Positions 10,319 through 20,610 are shown, counted from the stretch's first letter. The stretch is DNA of 64,000 bases from Methanoregula sp. (GCA_039698055.1 JBDKTL010000010.1:1-64000); one strand, 5' to 3'. Numbers and translations are program-made. Notes: generated from the letters alone by a model not told the origin.

Positions 10319-11449
10319 TTAACCCAATTCATCCCAGCGGGAGCGTTTGCGGTAAATGATGACACCAACAACGATCAGTGCAACAGCAACCACACCGACA
10401 ACAATCACCAGCACGCTCGAACTGAACAAGCCCCCGATCCATCCAAATGGATTGAATCCCGATGTAACCTGTTTTTTAAAGGTCAATGCATCATTGTAGG
10501 ATTCATTTCCTTTGGTATAGGCATCAGTAGCTTTTGATCGGGCCAATACATAGTTCCCGGTTGAGATTGCATCGTTCGCGGCGGATATGTAGCTTGCAGC
10601 AACTTCACGCTTTGAGATAATGGGAGATAACTTTGAATCTTCGGCCGTACTCTTGTTTCCCTGGAAGTAATTGATCAGGCTATCCACATTATTGATCGGC
10701 ACCTGTGCATCAGTCACTTCTTTTTCTGCCCATGCCTTGTCTAACAGTGTCTCACCATCGGTGATACTGGTCTGGGCTGCGGTGATGTAACTCAGCGTGG
10801 TCGTGTACTGGCTTGTCGGAAGTGCCTGGGCAGCATCAATTTTTGATTTTGCGTCATTGTAATTTGCTTCAGCAGATGAAGTATCAACATCCATTGCCGC
10901 TTTCTCATCGATTTGGGTCCTGAACTCTGTCAGCTGCGAGTTGGCAGTCGCTATCGCATTTGACACATCTGCAGTGTTGATGACAAGTGCTGTTATTACA
11001 TATTGGGACGATGAGATTACACTGCCGGTCGTACCGAGTTCTGAGACCTGAAGCAATGTCTGGTTGGTTGTCTGTGTAACCGAGGGTGCATTTCCATCAA
11101 GGGTTACGCCGATTGCCACCACATCGGTGGATTTATAGGTGAGCAAAAAGCTGCTGATATCAAGCGTTTTAGTTGTTTCCTGCCCCGGAGCGGTCTGAAT
11201 ATCGTTTACAAAAATAACATACGACCACTTGGGTTGATCAAGTGAGGTATACAGTCTCATATCATTGATGGCAGTGCTTTCAAGCTGGATTTTAAATGCT
11301 ACATTCACCGGTGTACCGGGAAGGAGCGTTCCGCTTGGATTAACCTGCAATGAATTTATTGTAAATGCCGCGGATACGCCCTGAACAACCAGCAATAATA
11401 AAACAGCAAGTCCGATTACTTTTGTTAATTTCTTCATGGTAAACCTCAT
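10319..11449 (-). CDS. Exported protein with C-terminal membrane anchor, co-transcribed with cetZ
   Basis: Signal peptide, beta-rich N-domain, long helical region, TM + YRKRSRWDELG tail; ATGA overlap with cetZ. Confidence 0.8.
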   Translation of the reverse strand: MRFTMKKLTKVIGLAVLLLLVVQGVSAAFTINSLQVNPSGTLLPGTPVNVAFKIQLESTAINDMRLYTSLDQPKWSYVIFVNDIQTAPGQETTKTLDISSFLLTYKSTDVVAIGVTLDGNAPSVTQTTNQTLLQVSELGTTGSVISSSQYVITALVINTADVSNAIATANSQLTEFRTQIDEKAAMDVDTSSAEANYNDAKSKIDAAQALPTSQYTTTLSYITAAQTSITDGETLLDKAWAEKEVTDAQVPINNVDSLINYFQGNKSTAEDSKLSPIISKREVAASYISAANDAISTGNYVLARSKATDAYTKGNESYNDALTFKKQVTSGFNPFGWIGGLFSSSVLVIVVGVVAVALIVVGVIIYRKRSRWDELG

Positions 11450-12624
11450 TCGAACAAAGGCTCAATACCTTCCTCAAACATATTCGATTTTTTCTCCTTT
11501 GACTTAATAACATCTTCCTTTGTTTCTTTTGCAATATCGAGGAGCTCCTTGATTCTTGGCGCATTTCCGACCGTCGCAAGCATGACCACAGCAGCGACAT
11601 ACTCACTGTTGACCGGGTAATCTCCCCCACGAACCTCTACCCCGGCAATATTCTCTTCCACCCAGCTTTTTGCCTTCTCCACACCTTTGCGGTCCATTTC
11701 ATCGGGGGGTCCTGCAATGAGGACAAGCGCACGTTCCGCGGTGGAATAATCACAGGGAAGCGTCAGCCGGCCCAGCATCGCCCGTCGCACCAGTGCAACA
11801 ATCTTTGCTGACTTGTCTTCTCCCATGAGGACTTCTTCATTGGCTTCCCGTTTGGCACCAAAACGATCCTTGATTCCACCAATAATGCCTCGTTTCTGTT
11901 TGGAACGCTCGCTTAACACTTCACTGACCGCGTACCCGACAGAGGTGATCCCGCCGCCACGGAGCGTGTTGATAATTTCACTGGAATCAACCACCATCTC
12001 ACCGACACCCATCCGGCCTACTTCACCCGCACGGAAGAGAATGGCAAATCGTCTGACCACTTCATTGTTCAAGCGTGCGAACGCACTTTTAACACTTTCG
12101 CCCTCGTTTTTCCAGGCACTGTTATCAAAAATGAACGTATTGTCCGCTTCGTTTACAAGTGTTGTCAGGCTGCGGGCGGCATTATAAGAATACAAACGCC
12201 CTTCTTCGGGAGCCGGGATAATGCCAAGAGCGTAGACTGGTTCACGATAGATACGTTTGAGATGACGTGCCAGAACCGGTGAACCACCGGAGCCGGTTCC
12301 TCCACCCAGTCCTGCGACAATCACAAATGCATCCACATCATGGGTTCCCCGGCTGTCCACTGCATTGATGATACTGTCAATTTCATCTGCCGTAACCCGG
12401 GCACCGGTGACGTTGTCAGTTCCAACCCCATGGCCTTTGACCAGTGTCTGGCCGATCAGAATGCGATCTTTCATCTCGATATTTTTGAGACCCATAAGGT
12501 CAGTGCGTGCCGTATTTACTGCAATTCCGCGGAAGCTATGCGTCCCGAGCTTTTTGTCCTGCTCGATAAACATATCCACGATTTTGCCGCCCGCCTGACC
12601 AAATCCAATAAAAAATACCCGCAT
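11446..12624 (-). CDS. cetZ: CetZ-type tubulin/FtsZ family GTPase
   Basis: IGFGQAGGKI, AVNTARTDL, VKGHGVG, GLGGGTGSG signature, VVDSSEIINTL, VRGGDYP (CetZ-like, not FtsZ-like). Confidence 0.9.
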   Translation of the reverse strand: MRVFFIGFGQAGGKIVDMFIEQDKKLGTHSFRGIAVNTARTDLMGLKNIEMKDRILIGQTLVKGHGVGTDNVTGARVTADEIDSIINAVDSRGTHDVDAFVIVAGLGGGTGSGGSPVLARHLKRIYREPVYALGIIPAPEEGRLYSYNAARSLTTLVNEADNTFIFDNSAWKNEGESVKSAFARLNNEVVRRFAILFRAGEVGRMGVGEMVVDSSEIINTLRGGGITSVGYAVSEVLSERSKQKRGIIGGIKDRFGAKREANEEVLMGEDKSAKIVALVRRAMLGRLTLPCDYSTAERALVLIAGPPDEMDRKGVEKAKSWVEENIAGVEVRGGDYPVNSEYVAAVVMLATVGNAPRIKELLDIAKETKEDVIKSKEKKSNMFEEGIEPLFE

Positions 12625-12821
12625 CTGGTGACACCATCCAATGGGCTAACAGATAACTATTTTCTTTTAATTCTTTTAAGTCCTTCTGCTTTTAAGAGGT
12701 TTAATTCCTACAGTACAAAAACTTTCTTATAAATTACTCCGTAATCTCATCTTATTTTTTTAACAGGAGACATCCGGAGCCTTTTTCATTTCAATCTTGA
12801 TAATAATACAGGTACCAGATC

Positions 12822-14060
12822 ATGAAGATTGGAATAATCGGGGGAGGTCTCACCGGTCTTGTTGCTGCTCATGTCCTCGCACAGGAACATGAGGTGCACC
12901 TCTCAGAGAAGATGCCATTTCTCGGCGGGTGCCTGTCATCATACCATATCGATGATTACTGGATCGAGCGGTATTATCACCATTGCTTTTCCGATGACCG
13001 GCACTTGTTTTCTCTCCTCAAAGATCTCGGTTTGTCAGACCGGCTTGAGTGGCTTGCCAGTACGACCGGCAATTACAGCCGGGATACAATATACCCGCTC
13101 AACACCCCGGTGCAGATCCTGCGATGGCCCGAACTATCCATTATCGATAAGGCAAAACTGGCATGGCTGACCCTGCGGGCAAAAAAAATCGATCTCGCTC
13201 CGCTTGACGATATTACTGCCGAGACGTATATTCACGAAGAACTGGGACAGAACATTTATTCTTCATTTTTCGAACCGCTGCTCCGGAGTAAATTCGGGAA
13301 ACGGAGAAACGAGGTGTCGGCAGCGTGGTTGATCAGCCGGATTGCGATCCGGTCGAACCGGGGCATGGCCGGAGAGCGTCTCGGGTACATGAACGGCGGT
13401 TTTCACCAGATTATTGACCAGCTTGAGAAGTCTGTTCAGGCACACGGGGGCATTATCTCCATCCAGTCACCGGTGACCAGCCTCGCCCGTACAAACGGAC
13501 AGTGGGTGATGAACGGGGACGCGGTTGATGCAATTATCTCAACCATCCCCCCGCAGGAACTCGGAGCCATTGCTGGAATCCCGATGCCGGAGATTCCCTA
13601 CCAGGGAGCTGCGTGCATGACACTGGGCATTGCGCGGGATGTCTGTGAAGGCGTTTACTGGCTTAACATGAAAGATGAGTGCCCGTACGGGGCCGTGGTT
13701 ACGCACACAAATTTTGTCCCGCGTGAACGGTACGGTGAGGTGATCGTTTACCTTGCGTCGTACTTCAGCGGCAGTGTCCCGGCCCGGCTCGACCGGAAGA
13801 TGATTGCGGATTTCTGTTCCCGGTTTGGCATTCTGGAAAAAGATATCCACTGGCACCGTATGGCAATAGATCCGTGGGCTGGACCGGTATACACTACCGG
13901 CTACCGATCAATTATCCCCCCGTTCGAAAAACAGGGAATTTACCTCGCGGGGATGTTCTCTTCCGAGAATTACCCGGAGCGCAGCATGGAAGGGTCAATC
14001 AAGGCCGGGTTTGCGGTAGCAGAATGCATCAAAAACAGGACCCCTCATGATCGAACCTGA
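12822..14060 (+). CDS. FAD-dependent oxidoreductase (amine oxidase/protoporphyrinogen oxidase-like fold)
   Basis: IGIIGGGLTGL Rossmann motif, ERYYHH, YPERSMEGS. Confidence 0.85.
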   Translation: MKIGIIGGGLTGLVAAHVLAQEHEVHLSEKMPFLGGCLSSYHIDDYWIERYYHHCFSDDRHLFSLLKDLGLSDRLEWLASTTGNYSRDTIYPLNTPVQILRWPELSIIDKAKLAWLTLRAKKIDLAPLDDITAETYIHEELGQNIYSSFFEPLLRSKFGKRRNEVSAAWLISRIAIRSNRGMAGERLGYMNGGFHQIIDQLEKSVQAHGGIISIQSPVTSLARTNGQWVMNGDAVDAIISTIPPQELGAIAGIPMPEIPYQGAACMTLGIARDVCEGVYWLNMKDECPYGAVVTHTNFVPRERYGEVIVYLASYFSGSVPARLDRKMIADFCSRFGILEKDIHWHRMAIDPWAGPVYTTGYRSIIPPFEKQGIYLAGMFSSENYPERSMEGSIKAGFAVAECIKNRTPHDRT

Positions 14061-14763
14061 AGTTACTGCCATCATCCCGGTCTTTAATGATCGCCAGGCA
14101 CTTGAACGGGCAATTCCGGTATCCATCGATACATTGAGCGCGATTACGGGCTCGTTCGAACTGATTGTCGCTGAGGACGGGAGTACTGACGGAAGCGCAT
14201 TTTTTGTAAAAGATTATGAGAAACGCGATCCGCGAGTGCGCCTGTTACACAGCGATGACCGTCTTGGGCGTGGCAGGGCGCTCAACCGGGCGTTTCATGA
14301 AGCACGCGGATCGATCGTCTGTTATTATGACGTCGATCTTGCAACCGATATGCAGCACCTGTCCACCTTGATTCTCGCCATTCGGAACGGCGCGGATATT
14401 TCGACCGGTTCACGGCTTCTTCCGGATAGTGACATCGTGCGTACGGAAGGCCGCGAGATCGCAAGCCGGACCTATAATTTCCTTGTCCGGTTGTTCCTTG
14501 GCAGCCGGCTTTACGATCACCAGTGCGGGTTCAAGGGATTTAACAAAGAGCGCATTCTTGCCGTGCTTCCCCTTATTCACTCAAACCACTGGTTCTGGGA
14601 TACGGAACTGCTGGTGCGGGCACAACGGGCAGGATATACCGTCACGGAATTCCCCGTGCGCTGGCGTGCAGGCAAAGGAACAACGGTCCGGGTAAAGGAT
14701 ATTTTTGAGATGGGATCCTCGATCCTTCGTCTCTGGTGGCAGATCCATGTATCGAAAAATTAG
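14047..14763 (+). CDS. Family 2 glycosyltransferase, polyprenol-phosphate glycosyltransferase-like
   Basis: IIPVFN, EDGSTDG, DVD, DHQCGFK, WFWDTELL. Confidence 0.9.
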   Translation: MIEPEVTAIIPVFNDRQALERAIPVSIDTLSAITGSFELIVAEDGSTDGSAFFVKDYEKRDPRVRLLHSDDRLGRGRALNRAFHEARGSIVCYYDVDLATDMQHLSTLILAIRNGADISTGSRLLPDSDIVRTEGREIASRTYNFLVRLFLGSRLYDHQCGFKGFNKERILAVLPLIHSNHWFWDTELLVRAQRAGYTVTEFPVRWRAGKGTTVRVKDIFEMGSSILRLWWQIHVSKN

Positions 14764-15712
14764 CGCAATCCTTATCCCAACCCTGATTGCCATCGGGATT
14801 ATAGGGTATATGCTGTACCGTGTCTGGGGCGATCTGCTGATCGCACTCGAGCATATTATCCCTGAATATCTCCTGGTTGCCATCCTGATCTGCCTGTCTG
14901 CATGGTGGCTGCGCGGGTGGCGGTATCACTACATCCTCAAAAGCCTGAACTATCAGGTGAAAATTGTCGTTGCCACTGCGTGCGTCTTTGTCAGCCAGAC
15001 GGTAAACCTTGTCGTCCCTGCACGGCTTGGGGACATAGTCAGGATTTTTATCCTCAAGCACGATTACAATACGACCTATTCAGAGGGGATTTCCTCACTT
15101 GTTGTAGAAAGGGTCTTTGATATTTTTACCGTCGCCCTGCTTGGCGCATTATCCCTCCCGTTTGTAGTGAATGTGCCGTCATGGTTCTATACCGCGATTG
15201 TGATTCCGCTGATCGCCTGTTTCATTTTTTTTGCATTTCTGGTCTTTGTCGGAAAACTGACCACGCAGAACAAATATATCTCGCTGATCCTGACGATGCT
15301 TGACGAGATCCGGCGGGCATCGCTTTCCCTGCGCTCGATCGTCGTACTGGGAGCTTCATCGGTCGTGATCTGGCTTCTTGACGTGCTGGTCTGCGTAGCG
15401 GTCGTCACGATGTTTGAGCAGCAGATACCGTTAGCTGTCGTTGTTCTCGCAATTGTTATCGGCAACCTTGTAAAAGCGGTTCCCATCACTCCCGGAGGTA
15501 TCGGCACATATGAACTTGTAGTTGCGGGGGTCTTTGAGATCGCCGGCGTAGCACCGGCAATCGCGTTCCTGATCGCAGTAATCGACCATCTGATCAAGAA
15601 CCTGGTCACCCTTGCGGGGGGTATTGTCTCCATCTACTATCTTGGGGACTGGGTGATTCCCACCATCAAATCTGCGGTGGCTGAAAAATTCGATGGAGGA
15701 AAGAATACTTGA
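14747..15712 (+). CDS. Flippase-like membrane protein (LPG synthase TM / UPF0104)
   Basis: PARLGD, VVERVFD, PITPGGIGTYE motifs. Confidence 0.88.
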   Translation: MYRKISAILIPTLIAIGIIGYMLYRVWGDLLIALEHIIPEYLLVAILICLSAWWLRGWRYHYILKSLNYQVKIVVATACVFVSQTVNLVVPARLGDIVRIFILKHDYNTTYSEGISSLVVERVFDIFTVALLGALSLPFVVNVPSWFYTAIVIPLIACFIFFAFLVFVGKLTTQNKYISLILTMLDEIRRASLSLRSIVVLGASSVVIWLLDVLVCVAVVTMFEQQIPLAVVVLAIVIGNLVKAVPITPGGIGTYELVVAGVFEIAGVAPAIAFLIAVIDHLIKNLVTLAGGIVSIYYLGDWVIPTIKSAVAEKFDGGKNT

Positions 15713-17709
15713 GCCCCGAACAGCAAATCCTGTCGGTTGCAGGCTGGCTTCTTGTTCTTACGTTCCTGCAGTTGTCGCTTTACCCTGCGCTTAAAAAGAC
15801 TTTCAGGACGTATGCATTTCCTGCCTCATTTGCGGCATCCGTGCTGGTATTTACGTTTGTTTCCTGGTATTGCGGATTGTTTGTGCTTCCCATCCAGCTC
15901 GCGCTCGTGCCGTTCATCCTCCTTTTCTGCTATCATCTCTGGCGGCGGGAATATACCTGGGTGGATCTGAAAAAAGAATGGCGCTGGGAACTGGTGTTCC
16001 TGCTGTTTTTCTTTTTGATGCTGGACGTCCGGTTTGTCAACCCGACAATCTCCTATGCTGAAAAGTTCATGGATCATGCATTCCTCACTTCGGTGATGAG
16101 GACACCGGTTGTGCCGCCTCTCGATCCCTGGTTTGCCGGTGGTACCATGAACGTGTATTACTATCTTGGTTACTGGGTATTTGGCTGCCTCGGAATCGTG
16201 AGCGGGGTATCGTCCTCCGTGGTCTTTAACCTCGCATTGCCAACGGTGCTCGGCATTTCCGCAGTAACCCTGTACGCGATCGGGACCATTCTCCTCGACC
16301 GGTTCCGGTGGCTTCCGCTGTTAATTTTTTTCCTCCCGAACCCGTCATTCTTTTACCAGATTATTTTTGGAAAAGGCCTCAACGCGGTTCTCTGGGACAG
16401 CACCCGCACCATCACCAACACCATCAACGAATACCCGCTATTTTCGTTTATCTGGGGGGATGTCCATGCCCATGTCATCTCGATATTCAACCAGATTTTC
16501 CTGATTTTCGTGCTCCTGTACGCGTACAAATACTGGGAATCACTTGAAACCAAGGGTAAATGGCTGGTCTGTATTCTTGCCGCCCTCAGCCTCGGCTCCA
16601 TGCCCCTGATCAACACGTGGGATGTGCTCATCTATGCCCCCATCACCCTCGGGTTTGCTGCCATGATTGTCTGGAGGAACTGGAAAGGTAACCGGAATAA
16701 TTTTTCCTGGTGGCCCCTTGTTACGATTCCTCCCCTTGCAGTCCTTTCGTATATGCCCTTTTATATCGCACTCCGGACCCACACCGGGGGAGTTGCCATT
16801 GTCCACGCACCTTCCGATCCGGTCCAGTTCCTGCTCGTGAACGGGTGGTTTATCGCGATCTTCTTTGCACTCCTGTTCAAAGATATGCGTGAGCGGCCAT
16901 ACCTCCTTCTGGTTGCCGTGCCCTTTGTTGCGGCAGGCTATATGGCAGCAGCAATAGCGGTGATACCCCTGGTCTATTTCATCGCAAGAAAAAAATGGGA
17001 TCTTCCCGGCATTCTTGCCATTTCCGGCCTCCTGATTCTGCTGTGCACCGAATTGTTCTACTTAAAGGACAATATGGGGGACACCTATTTCCGGATGAAC
17101 ACGGTCTTCAAGTGCTATCTTCCCGCATGGATCCTTCTTGGCACGAGCGCATTTGCGATGGCCGGCGCGTGGCTTGCACAGCCCGGACGCTTGCCGGTAC
17201 TCCCCAGACAAAAGAGTACGGTCATCGCGGTACTAGTTATCGCCCTGCTGTTTGCCACACCATTTGTCGTTCCGCTCGATCTCAACTACGGAAGCAGGTC
17301 CCTTGACGGCCTGGCGTACCTCGACACTGCACACCCGGCCGATGCCGGGGCAGTTGCGTACCTGCGGACACTGGCCGGCAATGAACGCATCGTTGAGGCG
17401 GAAGGCGGGGATTATACCTATTACTCGCGGATATCGTCATTTACAGGTATTCCCGCCATCATCGGGATGCCGTTCCACGAGTTCATGTGGCGCGGGGACG
17501 ACACGGGCTGGTACAGCACCCGTATGGCAGATATCAAAACAATCTATGAAGAGCCGGCCCAGACGATCGCACTGATGCAGAAATACAATGCAACACTGCT
17601 CTATGTCGGGGATGCGGAGCGTGAACGTTACAACATTAACATTCCAGCGACCGGCCTTGTGCCGGTTTACTCCGGACAGGGAACTACCATTTATCGCCTC
17701 GAAGCGTGA
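15709..17709 (+). CDS. DUF2298 / YYY-motif membrane protein
   Basis: EKFMD, PPLDPWFAG, VYYYLG, TINEYPLFSF, NTWD, RMNTVFK. Confidence 0.85.
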   Translation: MSPEQQILSVAGWLLVLTFLQLSLYPALKKTFRTYAFPASFAASVLVFTFVSWYCGLFVLPIQLALVPFILLFCYHLWRREYTWVDLKKEWRWELVFLLFFFLMLDVRFVNPTISYAEKFMDHAFLTSVMRTPVVPPLDPWFAGGTMNVYYYLGYWVFGCLGIVSGVSSSVVFNLALPTVLGISAVTLYAIGTILLDRFRWLPLLIFFLPNPSFFYQIIFGKGLNAVLWDSTRTITNTINEYPLFSFIWGDVHAHVISIFNQIFLIFVLLYAYKYWESLETKGKWLVCILAALSLGSMPLINTWDVLIYAPITLGFAAMIVWRNWKGNRNNFSWWPLVTIPPLAVLSYMPFYIALRTHTGGVAIVHAPSDPVQFLLVNGWFIAIFFALLFKDMRERPYLLLVAVPFVAAGYMAAAIAVIPLVYFIARKKWDLPGILAISGLLILLCTELFYLKDNMGDTYFRMNTVFKCYLPAWILLGTSAFAMAGAWLAQPGRLPVLPRQKSTVIAVLVIALLFATPFVVPLDLNYGSRSLDGLAYLDTAHPADAGAVAYLRTLAGNERIVEAEGGDYTYYSRISSFTGIPAIIGMPFHEFMWRGDDTGWYSTRMADIKTIYEEPAQTIALMQKYNATLLYVGDAERERYNINIPATGLVPVYSGQGTTIYRLEA

Positions 17710-17825
17710 ACAGGTACCTGCGTATATACCCGTCCATCCACTTTTTTTAATTCGCCAGTGTCATGGCAATAATCACAAACCTTTATTTCTGCTCCTGATG
17801 AAATGATATGGCTACATCACTGCCA

Positions 17826-17868
17826 ACTGATGAGTAATGAAGGAGCATCAAACTCCTGAATGAGGTGA
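17826..17868 (+). promoter_or_regulatory. rpl7ae 5' leader with tandem kink-turns overlapping the Shine-Dalgarno
   Basis: Stem aggag(17841-45)/ctcct(17853-57); GA(17839-40)/GA(17858-59) with AAU bulge; second GA(17832-33)/GA(17862-63) with GAU bulge; outer stem pairs into GAGGUG. Confidence 0.72.
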
Positions 17869-17871
17869 ATT

Positions 17872-18240
17872 ATGGCAAAAGGATACGTAAAAACCGAGGC
17901 TCCCGAGGAGCTCCAGAACAAGGCGCTTGAAGCCCTTGAAGTTGCTAGAGATACGGGTAAGATCAAGAAAGGTTCAAACGAGGCCACCAAAGCCATTGAA
18001 CGCAGTGCGGCACTTCTTGTTTTAATCGGTGCTGATGTCGAACCGCAGGAAATCGTCATGCACCTTGCACCGCTCTGCGATGAGAAGAAGATTCCCTACA
18101 TCTTCATCAACAAGCAGAATGATATCGGTGCGGCAAGCGGCCTTGATGTTGGATCTGCGGCGGCAGCCATTGTCAAGCCCGGCAAGGCAAAGGAAGTTAT
18201 CGACGATCTTGCAAAGCAGCTGGTCGCCTTAAAGGCGTAA
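17872..18240 (+). CDS. rpl7ae: Ribosomal protein L7Ae
   Basis: [28 protein letters not shown]. Confidence 0.97.
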   Translation: MAKGYVKTEAPEELQNKALEALEVARDTGKIKKGSNEATKAIERSAALLVLIGADVEPQEIVMHLAPLCDEKKIPYIFINKQNDIGAASGLDVGSAAAAIVKPGKAKEVIDDLAKQLVALKA

Positions 18241-18252
18241 GGATCTGAAAAT

Positions 18253-18462
18253 ATGGCAGACGACGCAACGCCCGCTGAAGTTATCGAGGTAGTCGGTTCC
18301 ACCGGAATGCACGGGGAAGCGATGCAGGTCAAATGCCGTATCCTCGATGGCAACAACAAGGGGCGCATTATAACCCGCAACACGGTCGGCCCTATCCGTG
18401 AAGGAGACATCGTAATGCTCCTTGAGACCGAACGCGAAGCAAAGAAAATGTCGAGGCGGTGA
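18253..18462 (+). CDS. rps28e: 30S ribosomal protein S28e
   Basis: [17 protein letters not shown]...LLETEREA. Confidence 0.97.
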   Translation: MADDATPAEVIEVVGSTGMHGEAMQVKCRILDGNNKGRIITRNTVGPIREGDIVMLLETEREAKKMSRR

Positions 18463-18467
18463 ACCCC

Positions 18468-18662
18468 ATGGTTGAACAGCATGTCTGCAACTTTTGTGGT
18501 TCCATGTTAGAGCCGGGTACCGGCAAGATGTACATCCGCAAAGACGGTGCCATCTACTACTTCTGCAGCTCAAAGTGCCAGAACAATTACAAACTCGGCA
18601 GGGTTCCCCGCAAAGTTGAGTGGACCGCCGCTGGCCAGAAGTCTGCAGCAAAGAAGGAGTGA
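18468..18662 (+). CDS. rpl24e: 50S ribosomal protein L24e
   Basis: CNFCG..LEPGTG...FCSSKC...PRKVEWT. Confidence 0.95.
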   Translation: MVEQHVCNFCGSMLEPGTGKMYIRKDGAIYYFCSSKCQNNYKLGRVPRKVEWTAAGQKSAAKKE

Positions 18663-18669
18663 AGCAGCC

Positions 18670-19122
18670 ATGGACCGCACCTTTGTGATGGTCAAGCCCG
18701 ATGGCGTCCAGCGCGGTCTTGTCGGGGAGATTGTTTCCCGGCTTGAATCAAAAGGCCTAAAACTGGTTGCAGCACGGTTCGAGAAACTTCCCGAAGCCCG
18801 GGTAATCGAGCAGTACCAGGAACATCTCTCAAAACCATTCTTCCCCTCACTCAAGAAGTATATCATGGGAGGCCCCTGTTTCCTGATGGTCTGGGAAGGA
18901 AGAAACGTTGTCGCGATCGTCCGCAAGGTCATTGGCGCGACAAACCCGCAGGAAGCAACGCCGGGAACGATCCGTGGCGATTTCGGGATTGATATCGGCA
19001 GGAATGTAATCCATGCATCCGATTCGCCCGAGAGCGCATCCCGCGAGATCGCCATTCATTTCAAACCAGAAGAACTGTTCGCATATACCCGGATTGATGA
19101 ATCCGTCTTATACGAATACTAA
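18670..19122 (+). CDS. ndk: Nucleoside diphosphate kinase
   Basis: [28 protein letters not shown]. Confidence 0.97.
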   Translation: MDRTFVMVKPDGVQRGLVGEIVSRLESKGLKLVAARFEKLPEARVIEQYQEHLSKPFFPSLKKYIMGGPCFLMVWEGRNVVAIVRKVIGATNPQEATPGTIRGDFGIDIGRNVIHASDSPESASREIAIHFKPEELFAYTRIDESVLYEY

Positions 19123-19338
19123 TCTTTTTTTTTTAACAACGCCCTGCCAGTCAGGGGTCGGGAAATCCCGGTACCGCACCAGGTAACAAACCGGTTTATT
19201 GTTTATGCAGGAATTCCTCAACACTTTTTAAACCAGACAGCGACAGCCTGCTTCGTGGGATGCGACATTTTTTAGATTTTCCCTGCGGTGTCTTTGGCCA
19301 GTAATCCCAACGACTTTTTACCGGGTGAAAAAACCAGC

Positions 19339-19598
19339 GCAACAACCGTTTCTGGTGGATGAAGCCGCAGCAATGACACGCTTTGACAGCCCCGCAATCG
19401 TTCTTTTCACCATCATCGCGATGGTGATCACCTATTTCATGATGCGGAACGCAGATTATAGTACAAGCACAATCGGTCAGCAGGATTACCCGGCGATAAA
19501 ACCCCTTTCTGGGCAGGCTGCTCATCGCGATTGCTGCGCAGGTTGTTATCACGGGTATCAAAGCAGTGTTACCACGGGTGGAGAATCAAAATGTCTGA
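19339..19598 (+). pseudogene. Degenerate C-terminal fragment of a MarC-family membrane protein
   Basis: IVLFTIIAMVITYFMMRNADY...IGQQDYPAI, then a frameshift near 19507 into LGRLLIAIAAQVVITGIKAVLP, resembling the MarC terminal helix. Confidence 0.5.
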
Positions 19599-19782
19599 CT
19601 GGGATCTTACGTCAATTGGTCTGGTGCTTATCGGGAGCAGCATCACCGCTGCAGGAACTATCATTGCGGCAATGATTCTTGGGATCTCCATCACCATTGC
19701 GCCGTTCCTCCTGCTTACCACGGCGGTGCTGGTGGTGCTCAGCGCAATATTAATCCTGTTTGGCCGTAATCGCGAACAATAG
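19591..19782 (+). CDS. Small two-TM membrane protein
   Basis: MSDWDLTSIGLVLIG... hydrophobic ORF with GGAG RBS. Confidence 0.6.
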   Translation: MSDWDLTSIGLVLIGSSITAAGTIIAAMILGISITIAPFLLLTTAVLVVLSAILILFGRNREQ

Positions 19783-19815
19783 CAGGCCTGATTGTACCGG
19801 TTTTGGGGTTCATGA

Positions 19816-20610
19816 ATGAAATGCGGCAGTGCCCAGATTTCCAGTGTGTGGGATCAACCGGAAAAAACCCTGGTAAAAGCACAGTCATGTATCCGGACTG
19901 CGTCCTCTGCCGGTGCGTCAATCATCTGTTTTCCCGAGCAGTTCACGGCGGGATGGGACCCGTTGTCCCACACCAATATCGAATCATTGACGGGCACCAC
20001 CATAACAACGCTCCAGAAGTTTGCCCGGGAATATTCCATTGCTATTATCGGCTCGTTCAGGGAGGAGTATGTGCCGTCTCCCCGCAACACGGCAGTTGCC
20101 ATCGGGGCTGATGGCGAAATCCATGCGCTGTACGCAAAAATGCACCTTTTCACCCCTGCTCATGAAGAGCAGGCCTTTACCGCAGGAGACATGATCGCTA
20201 CGTTCTCTGTTGACGGGGTGAAATGCGGACTGGCAATCTGTTACGATCTCCGGTTCCCGTCGCTCTTCCGCATTTATGCAAAAGAGGGCGTGCAAGCGGT
20301 GTTTGTCCCGTCGGCATGGCCGGCAAGCCGTATCCGGCACTGGGAACTGTTCATCGCGGCGCGGGCAGCAGAGAACCAGATGTATGTGCTGGGGTGCACC
20401 ACCACCGGCACCAATCCTGTTGACGAGTATTGCGGTGCGTCCATGACAGCCGATCCGCACGGGACAATTGTCGCCCGGGCAGGAAACGGGGAAGAACTGC
20501 TATACTCGGAGATCGACCCGGTTCTTGTCGACACCGTCCGCAGGGAATTCCCGGTCGGGCACGACCAGAAGGACGCGCTGTACCAGTCGCTTCTCAACCG
20601 GAACAGATAA
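19816..20610 (+). CDS. Nitrilase/carbon-nitrogen hydrolase
   Basis: CFPEQ, YAKMHLF, ICYDLRFP, ARAAENQ (E-K-C triad). Confidence 0.92.
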   Translation: MKCGSAQISSVWDQPEKTLVKAQSCIRTASSAGASIICFPEQFTAGWDPLSHTNIESLTGTTITTLQKFAREYSIAIIGSFREEYVPSPRNTAVAIGADGEIHALYAKMHLFTPAHEEQAFTAGDMIATFSVDGVKCGLAICYDLRFPSLFRIYAKEGVQAVFVPSAWPASRIRHWELFIAARAAENQMYVLGCTTTGTNPVDEYCGASMTADPHGTIVARAGNGEELLYSEIDPVLVDTVRREFPVGHDQKDALYQSLLNRNR

